In this document: positions 60,101-64,000 of the stretch, in pieces
How the letters are laid out: each line of letters begins with the position of its first letter
How positions within the stretch are numbered: position 1 is the stretch's first letter
IMG/VR virus record: IMGVR_UViG_3300021519_000877
Coordinates: 10,426 to 74,425 of that record
Source of the DNA: a virus
Length of the DNA: 64,000 bases
Reading direction: 5' to 3' (one strand)
Notes under the pieces: generated by a model
The model's input: the letters and a program-made list of their open reading frames with translations, nothing else
What the model was told of the DNA's origin: nothing
The model's database searches: none
Program-made: the position numbers and the translations under genes

Positions 60101-60760
60101 ATCCTTACGAGTTAGATGAGAAGGAATGCTTGCTTGTAATGATAAATCGATGGTACTGCTAGAACCTGTGGCAGTATATATTGAAATAGTTTTGCCATCG
60201 TTAAAGCTAAAATTAGTGCCAGTTGCTGGAATCAGTTGAACATTATGGCGGAGTGTGCTTCCTTCAATCGCTGTATTAACTACTGGAGGTTGACCACTTT
60301 CGGTAACATAGTTACCATCGCGATTTAAGAAATTATCGTATAACCAGCGACGTGTTACTAGATCTTGATCATGTGTAGGATTGGCAAAATTAATAGCACG
60401 ATAGGTATTAACACCGCTTAAATCTCCACCTAAATATGGGTTAGAGTCAGTGTGCAATGCACTTGCGCTATTGCTAATAACCAACTGGGCATTTGGGTAA
60501 TCGTAAGTAATACTAATACCAGTTCCAGTTGCTAAAGTAAGTTGAGTTAAAGTTAGACCAGTTGCATCAGTAGTAATAATTTTTCTACCACTAAGATGTC
60601 TAGGAGCATCAGCTAGATTAGTAAAGCGTAACCCATTGCCTAAACCGGCTACAGCATATAATTCTGTAAAGTTATCATTAGTTTTACTAAATGCATCGCG
60701 AATACTGTCACCAGTTCCGTCGTTTGATTGGTTTCCGATATTAATGGGTTTTCTACTCAT
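54170..60760 (-). CDS. Giant tail fibre/spike protein (~2196 aa) with C-terminal autocleaving chaperone-like domain
   Basis: NDGTGDSIRDAF N-motif, xTKxYVD repeats, GxGY repeats, STYADLAEFY C-domain; SD GGAG before ATG 60760; TAAATA at 60790-60795. Confidence 0.8.
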   Translation of the reverse strand: MSRKPINIGNQSNDGTGDSIRDAFSKTNDNFTELYAVAGLGNGLRFTNLADAPRHLSGRKIITTDATGLTLTQLTLATGTGISITYDYPNAQLVISNSASALHTDSNPYLGGDLSGVNTYRAINFANPTHDQDLVTRRWLYDNFLNRDGNYVTESGQPPVVNTAIEGSTLRHNVQLIPATGTNFSFNDGKTISIYTATGSSSTIDLSLQASIPSHLTRKDYVDSKISLQGTETIDPATGEINPGFGQMTGPLYLSRDPLDSDGGLIAATKHYVDNNGYYSANNLYVTSKGRDYQPEIPAYKRGRFYQYAFASLNKAAQYAEELINASKIEVGDYARLITYDNGTPCTVNSVTDNYASSGLSRLVLEAGILGSDQFGSVETGKFTIYPGQYIQGISSKAIGLIEGIATGGAGEEVYTIEYVDYAVHFATDVTASIPDYGNLNQVLFTFSNPKIVPIPDFWVGYKFYVDTASVPDTIVVPDGTIIATQSVANELGIYTDAFLVDFGSDYSALEGLVFTNRTWHVYSGDFIPGETVEYNTDVSSMQISFIVESGEYYEQLPIKLSANTSIRGDEFRRVIIRPDTGVSTSPWATTHFRRDTQIDGLQIAPLDTSFNYATTGTIATATASPNGSSGDISVTLSTGTISSSYKNYMFVGNGGQGVITACNGSSFTVTVDHNGMANTDPIATGDWQIYKPVNFGYHYLRDPSKIINVLTTQTNAGGFIKTAKALAENKVDIQNGVVTYIQDTYPLYSFDVALCFRDAGTMVDSLITDITMGGSGNTMRLAAGVATFPSLTTGQCADGIRHINTLGQAIIAGIEPGADVILADLIQAAARIINLDADFNPPKLNTEMDMFLMNDATILRYISCQGHGGFMKVLDPAGQIKNKSPYTQTCSSFSQSVAKQAFRGGMFVDGFTGNLEIYPTTNTFASPLRIPVDGLVRRPEVPSFFVHNGIRYEVDFLSNFVPDAVLPNGTQTYAATLNLNPLTPGGLAVTGSNIVTVTDTVGGFKPNQTNIPITVDAPNGVGGITATGHAVSNGLGRITNVIIDFPGTGYIATPTIAIGGAVINNLQLSSGNIIAATIAYGGAGYAVGCAISIEPQGTTGITTATATVSSVDSNGKITGISMVYAGDNWTAGTNYKVYFGDATINVPTPIAGFVDIVPNRFELVTAGNRSMLANDFTQVNDLGYGIFVTNGGFAENVSMFTYYCYRSYYALNGSQVRSTTGSSCYGEYGLTAEGSDPNEVPINVNLSYPLTQIATAYVAYPLFPAIAGQTSIYVEVDPSNGGFPALGSSQIEINHNGIIRTYSIGAAVQALDAENNVIPNVYQLSFNSGNLSTSSQVGLLEAVANGAAVTCRAEGLHKFYGINPDTLSRPSTVLTMDDDPTKIYHVTNYSTVQSDNAVFVYTLEDYNYVAFQSIAQGVTYPKLTNGGTGYTTATVSISSASILLSETHNVFGDQGSALAGVQTIEIDNISYLSVGMTVSGNAITTGTTLTYINSATVQIGLSIPTTGMITSGTVLTFTGTVPTAHAVITSGTVTSIVIDNPGTGWTGTSTGITITGDGASAAVTTPINLAGVVGSRTIKVTPLSLPTQSRIDAGLAQSPPKYYQFGVNGQLLNIVAYRSISVTGQTWAEIDLDQALTRAITEGTTLYAGVAGNSSGKVTTRLSLLRVTGHDFVDIGTGGYATTRIPNDLYGPPVNKPQQIREVNEKGAARVYYATTDQDGNFRVGTAFTVNQAQGSVTINAPIDLSNLSSVSLKKDLGPPVSEFSTDNTMVTEADYKVPTEQATANYINRRLGLNRDGNLYAGALLSGGGFVAVNGKMAMKADLNLASHHIINLADPQTGHAGDGANKGYVDQRIERRGISALDTDGTTPRPDFGIMTGLLQLSRDPIATDNPLTAATRNYVDANNTTTITNTKLANSGGSDFTITRSTTSATYKLVGGKGVNNPITDYHINDNAGINVNKLSTSTISGVQLGNNLYGLTIGTGLSGSTYNGTAGVTIASTGILSITAGTGVGVTAGQNTTLSIGQDVGTTTTPTFAGITVQDLFAGGAGSTATVHGVWSLADGSSFESTYADLAEFYSADAEYDPGTVLVFGGNAEVTTTNEVNDSRVAGAVTTNPSYTLNASQEGTRACIALQGRVPVKVIGVVAKGDLLTTSSTPGYACKATNPQVGTIIGKALENKNTLTRGVIEVAIGRN

Positions 60761-60829
60761 GGCTTCTCCTGCGCAGTATTGCGTCGATGTATTTACCAAG
60801 ATTTTTTATAACCCTAATGTAAATACAAT

Positions 60830-61117
60830 ATGTTCATTAAAACAGAAAAAGAATTGGTCATTCACACCAGACTAAGCAAGAAAGGCAAGTCACACGATTA
60901 CAAAAGATATCGAACCGTTGCTTGTTTACGCTGTGATAACTGTGGGAAGTTGTTTACTAGACCCAAGGATAAAATTAGTCCTAAGCGGTTAAGTAATCAA
61001 TATTTTCATGTATGTGATGAATGTGACATTAAGCGATTTGCTCAAAGAAAGGGTGCAGAACGCCGCACCATTTGGGAACGCCCAATAAACAGCTCAGATG
61101 ATATTAGCAAAATCTAA
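60830..61117 (+). CDS. Small zinc-ribbon protein
   Basis: CDNC...CDEC; TAAATA at 60820-60825. Confidence 0.65.
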   Translation: MFIKTEKELVIHTRLSKKGKSHDYKRYRTVACLRCDNCGKLFTRPKDKISPKRLSNQYFHVCDECDIKRFAQRKGAERRTIWERPINSSDDISKI

Positions 61118-61938
61118 CCAATTAGTATCTGGTCTATTTCGTCTTTGATTTCGTTATTCTGAATAATACCTAACACTTGATTTCTGTGTGTAGTTATTAA
61201 GAATGCTTCTGCAGCCGCTTGAGTTATACCGCGAGTTTGTAGATAATACACACGGTCACGATCTAAGACATCAGTGCTAACACCACTGTTTACTCTCGAC
61301 GAGTCGGTGTGGTTATATATTTCGGGGATACTATGGCATCGACCGCCCTTGCCAGTAATGAGATTAATATTTTCCACACCCACCTGTGAATACTCAGCAT
61401 CTTTTCCAATGTTGACCATTGCTTGATATACCGTTTGGCTGTTGGTTCCTGCTTCTGTTGTAAAGAATTGATTACTAACGCTGTAGGGGCCAGCATGTTC
61501 AATCTTGATAATAATTTCACAATCACCACCTACAGTATTAATTGCATGGCCGTATGTGTTAAAATTGGCAGCATCATCTAGTGACAGCTGAATAATGTGC
61601 TTGTTTAACTTGCCGCCTTTAACAAACAATCCCATATTGAGATGAGCACCTTCTCGGACACGAATATCATAGATAACTACTTGCTCCAGCTTATCTCCAG
61701 CTTCATTAATGATAGCAAGATCTAACGTGGCATTTTCTCGAATATCAATGCGTATATGTTTTGCCACCATTTCACGCTCAGTAGGAGTTTGCCGCAGAAC
61801 AATAGTATCTGTTTTTCCTTGGCCGAGCTCGATTAGGTTTGCATCAATAATTTTGAATTCTTTATCAAAATATTGTTCTGGCGTGAATGCCCAATCTGGA
61901 TCACCTTTGGTTGCTTTAAGAAAACTCTGAATACCCAT
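61114..61938 (-). CDS. SufB/SufD-like beta-helix protein (degenerate)
   Basis: IPEIY...YYLQTRGI...A..FLI C-terminal SufBD signature. Confidence 0.75.
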   Translation of the reverse strand: MGIQSFLKATKGDPDWAFTPEQYFDKEFKIIDANLIELGQGKTDTIVLRQTPTEREMVAKHIRIDIRENATLDLAIINEAGDKLEQVVIYDIRVREGAHLNMGLFVKGGKLNKHIIQLSLDDAANFNTYGHAINTVGGDCEIIIKIEHAGPYSVSNQFFTTEAGTNSQTVYQAMVNIGKDAEYSQVGVENINLITGKGGRCHSIPEIYNHTDSSRVNSGVSTDVLDRDRVYYLQTRGITQAAAEAFLITTHRNQVLGIIQNNEIKDEIDQILIG

Positions 61939-62632
61939 CTTCAATGATCCTTGTGTAAAGTTCTGTACCGCCTGATATTTTAATTTCGCCGCCAACCATA
62001 ACATGAACATGCGTTGGATTTAAAATCTTTAATAATGTTTGATTGTGTGTAATAACTAAACAACTTTTTTTTGCGTGATCTAAAAAGTCTTTTAATATAA
62101 TTCCGACTAATACTATTTCTCTTTCTGTTAGCCCCTCGTCGATTTCATCAAGGACTACTAATTCAGGATTTTTTAAAAGCATTAGCACTAGTTCGTTACG
62201 TTTTGACTGACTTAATGTTACCCCTCCAATGCTTGAAAATTGATCACCATGCGCCGCACTTAGATCTAATAATTCACAGCATGTGGTGTATTTAAGTTGC
62301 AAATCAGAAACTTCAATACCACTAAACATTTCTTTAGTTAATTCCCAATTGGTGATATTGTCAAACTCAGGTGGAACTTGAAACCCAACAAATATGTTAA
62401 GTTTGGCTATTTGGTCAGTGTCTAGGGATTTTAAATTCTTTCGCTTCCATATAATATCACCTTCTACCTGTTGGATGCTTGGGTGGTTGGAAATAGCGTG
62501 TGCAAGGGCTGATTTGCCGCTGAACTTTGGTCCCATAACGGCATGGATTTCTCCGGATTTAATTTGTAAATTAATGTCTCTGAGTAGCTCTTTTGATTCT
62601 GATACTGCCGTTAGATTTTTTATTTTAAGCAT
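61916..62632 (-). CDS. sufC: SufC-like ABC ATPase (degenerate signature)
   Basis: GEIHAVMGPKFSGKS, FQ.P, KRNE, LDEIDEGL, ITH, HVMVGG.I..SGG.EL..I.E.GY. Confidence 0.8.
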   Translation of the reverse strand: MLKIKNLTAVSESKELLRDINLQIKSGEIHAVMGPKFSGKSALAHAISNHPSIQQVEGDIIWKRKNLKSLDTDQIAKLNIFVGFQVPPEFDNITNWELTKEMFSGIEVSDLQLKYTTCCELLDLSAAHGDQFSSIGGVTLSQSKRNELVLMLLKNPELVVLDEIDEGLTEREIVLVGIILKDFLDHAKKSCLVITHNQTLLKILNPTHVHVMVGGEIKISGGTELYTRIIEDGYSEFS

Positions 62633-62638
62633 TTGATT

Positions 62639-62667
62639 AGTATACTATCTTTAGTGGGGTACTTCAA
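62639..62667 (-). promoter_or_regulatory. Sigma70-type promoter TTGAAG-17-TATACT, leaderless
   Basis: ATG 62632 is 6 nt after the -10. Confidence 0.6.
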
Positions 62668-62759
62668 CGGTTTATTGCTACTTTTTCTAATCTCCTTAAT
62701 TGTGCAGTATAGGTATTTATCGGATTAAATACACAGTTACTTTTTAAAGGATTATTATC

Positions 62760-62954
62760 ATGGAATTTATTATTTTTGCCGCAGTTATTGCTGTAGTTGC
62801 TTACTACGCATTTTTTCGTAAGAAAGCAGAAGTTGAAGTTGTAGCACCGTATAAAGTTGAAGCTAAGGAAGAAGTTGTCGAAGTTAAGGCAGTTGTTAAA
62901 AAACCCAAAGCTACAGTTAAGAAAGCTACTACTCGTAAGCCTAAAGCAAAGTAA
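62760..62954 (+). CDS. Small membrane-anchored Lys-rich protein
   Basis: N-terminal TM and basic tail; TAAATA at 62726-62731, SD AAGGA. Confidence 0.6.
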   Translation: MEFIIFAAVIAVVAYYAFFRKKAEVEVVAPYKVEAKEEVVEVKAVVKKPKATVKKATTRKPKAK

Positions 62955-63978
62955 GTTGTTTTGCTTGTTCGGCTAGTGCAAAACTAGCTAAGTTTTTTGC
63001 CTTACTCTCACACATAATATCGTGAGTTTCTAAAAAGCTCAAAGCCCATTCATTAACTGGTTTGTTCCAGTAGAAGTTAGAATGCGCTCTGAGCTTTTGC
63101 TTTTTATAACCATTCGAAAGGAGTAACTGATAGTCGGGCGCTGTAAGTGGGTCGTGATCTACAAGAATATCTTCGCGACTTACGGAGTAATGACAAGTAG
63201 GGCGAGCGCCGCGCCAACTATCGCACACACGGCTAACACGACTATCTCCTGGTTGGATATATTCTCCCTCCCGGATCCAATGGTGGTGAATGTCAAGTAC
63301 AATAGGTACAAGGTCACTAATAGTAAGGCAATCATCTAATCCCCAAGAGTTTTCTTCGTTTTCAATTGTAATACAGTTGCGGGCTTCGGGTGAGAGTTTG
63401 CTGTAGGCACGTCGAATACCTTCTGGACCTTGCCTACCCGAGATGTGGACGTTAATCTTATAATCTTGGAACCTACGACCGAAACCCATCCACCTTGCCA
63501 TATCTGCATGATACTCAAACTCCTCTATTGAACGTTCTACTATACCTGGGTTATCACTCGCCAGCACAGTAAACTGGCCAGGATGAAAAGACAGTCGAAC
63601 ATTGTTAGCACGAGCAATATCGCCCACTCTTTGGAAGTGGGTTTCGCAGTATGAAACAATATCAGGTTGCCGCCAATAATAAGCATAGTCGTGGTGAGTG
63701 TAAACAGGAAGAATGTCGCTCCCAAGGCGTACCATCCGAAGAGCAGGGTCCAATTCACTTACTTTCTCCACGAGCTTTCTAACCGCTTCTATGTTACCTA
63801 CCATTAGGTCCCAAAGTTTTTGTTCGGCTACATCTCTAGTTTGTCTATTTAACCAGGCAACAGTAGTGCTGCCGGTATTATATTGTTTGCAATTGTCTTT
63901 CTGGTCAATGCCGTTTATTTGGCTAGGACCGTCGATCCATTTGCAAGCAAAACCAATTCTTTTTAGTGTCTGTGTCAT
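62941..63978 (-). CDS. uvsE: UV-damage endonuclease
   Basis: RIGFAC, RLGSD, SFHPGQF, NVH, IENEE, LDIHHH, HYS, AHS, MCESKAK. Confidence 0.9.
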   Translation of the reverse strand: MTQTLKRIGFACKWIDGPSQINGIDQKDNCKQYNTGSTTVAWLNRQTRDVAEQKLWDLMVGNIEAVRKLVEKVSELDPALRMVRLGSDILPVYTHHDYAYYWRQPDIVSYCETHFQRVGDIARANNVRLSFHPGQFTVLASDNPGIVERSIEEFEYHADMARWMGFGRRFQDYKINVHISGRQGPEGIRRAYSKLSPEARNCITIENEENSWGLDDCLTISDLVPIVLDIHHHWIREGEYIQPGDSRVSRVCDSWRGARPTCHYSVSREDILVDHDPLTAPDYQLLLSNGYKKQKLRAHSNFYWNKPVNEWALSFLETHDIMCESKAKNLASFALAEQAKQLTLL

Positions 63979-64000
63979 ACATATATTATAACATATTATT

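Noticed and set aside
1-64000. Alternative genetic code or stop-codon reassignment
   Set aside because: Conserved genes are full length in code 11 and TAA, TAG and TGA all end genes; the only break is a frameshift
1-64000. tRNA/rRNA genes, integrase, transposase, reverse transcriptase/DGR
   Set aside because: No cloverleaf or characteristic motifs recognised; intergenic gaps are mostly too short

Overview
64 kb of an AT-rich, gene-dense large dsDNA tailed phage genome (T4-like/jumbo myovirus organisation, standard code 11, Gram-negative host implied by spanins). 1-12.3 kb (+): baseplate/tail-fibre genes, including a collagen-like fibre coupled to an S53 sedolisin protease. 12.4-50.4 kb (mostly -): MoxR/VWA pair and a frameshifted 5'-3' exonuclease, then a 7-deazaguanine DNA-modification cluster abutting the sliding clamp and family-B DNA polymerase. 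That cluster holds QueE, FolE, a DpdL-like T-fold protein and a TGT/DpdA-like protein, with no QueC in the window, plus a GT-B glycosyltransferase, purine PRTase, cupin, HIT and CDGSH protein. Next come probable head-packaged Glu-cleaved polyproteins carrying nucleotidyltransferases, ClpA/Def/DnaJ/GroES, holin-spanins, PhoH, clamp loader, TagD-like and MazG-like genes and a DnaE fragment. 50.4-60.8 kb (-): baseplate and giant fibre genes, followed by a degenerate SufC/SufD pair and UvsE. Two promoter classes are visible (sigma70 consensus and TAAATA late), several giving leaderless mRNAs. Best candidates for new biology: a possibly glycosylated or further-modified deazaguanine pathway, the collagen-sedolisin module, injected NTase polyproteins, a tandem-hairpin polymerase operator and a ~110-nt structured intergenic element. 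All calls come from motif recognition by eye; no searches were run.
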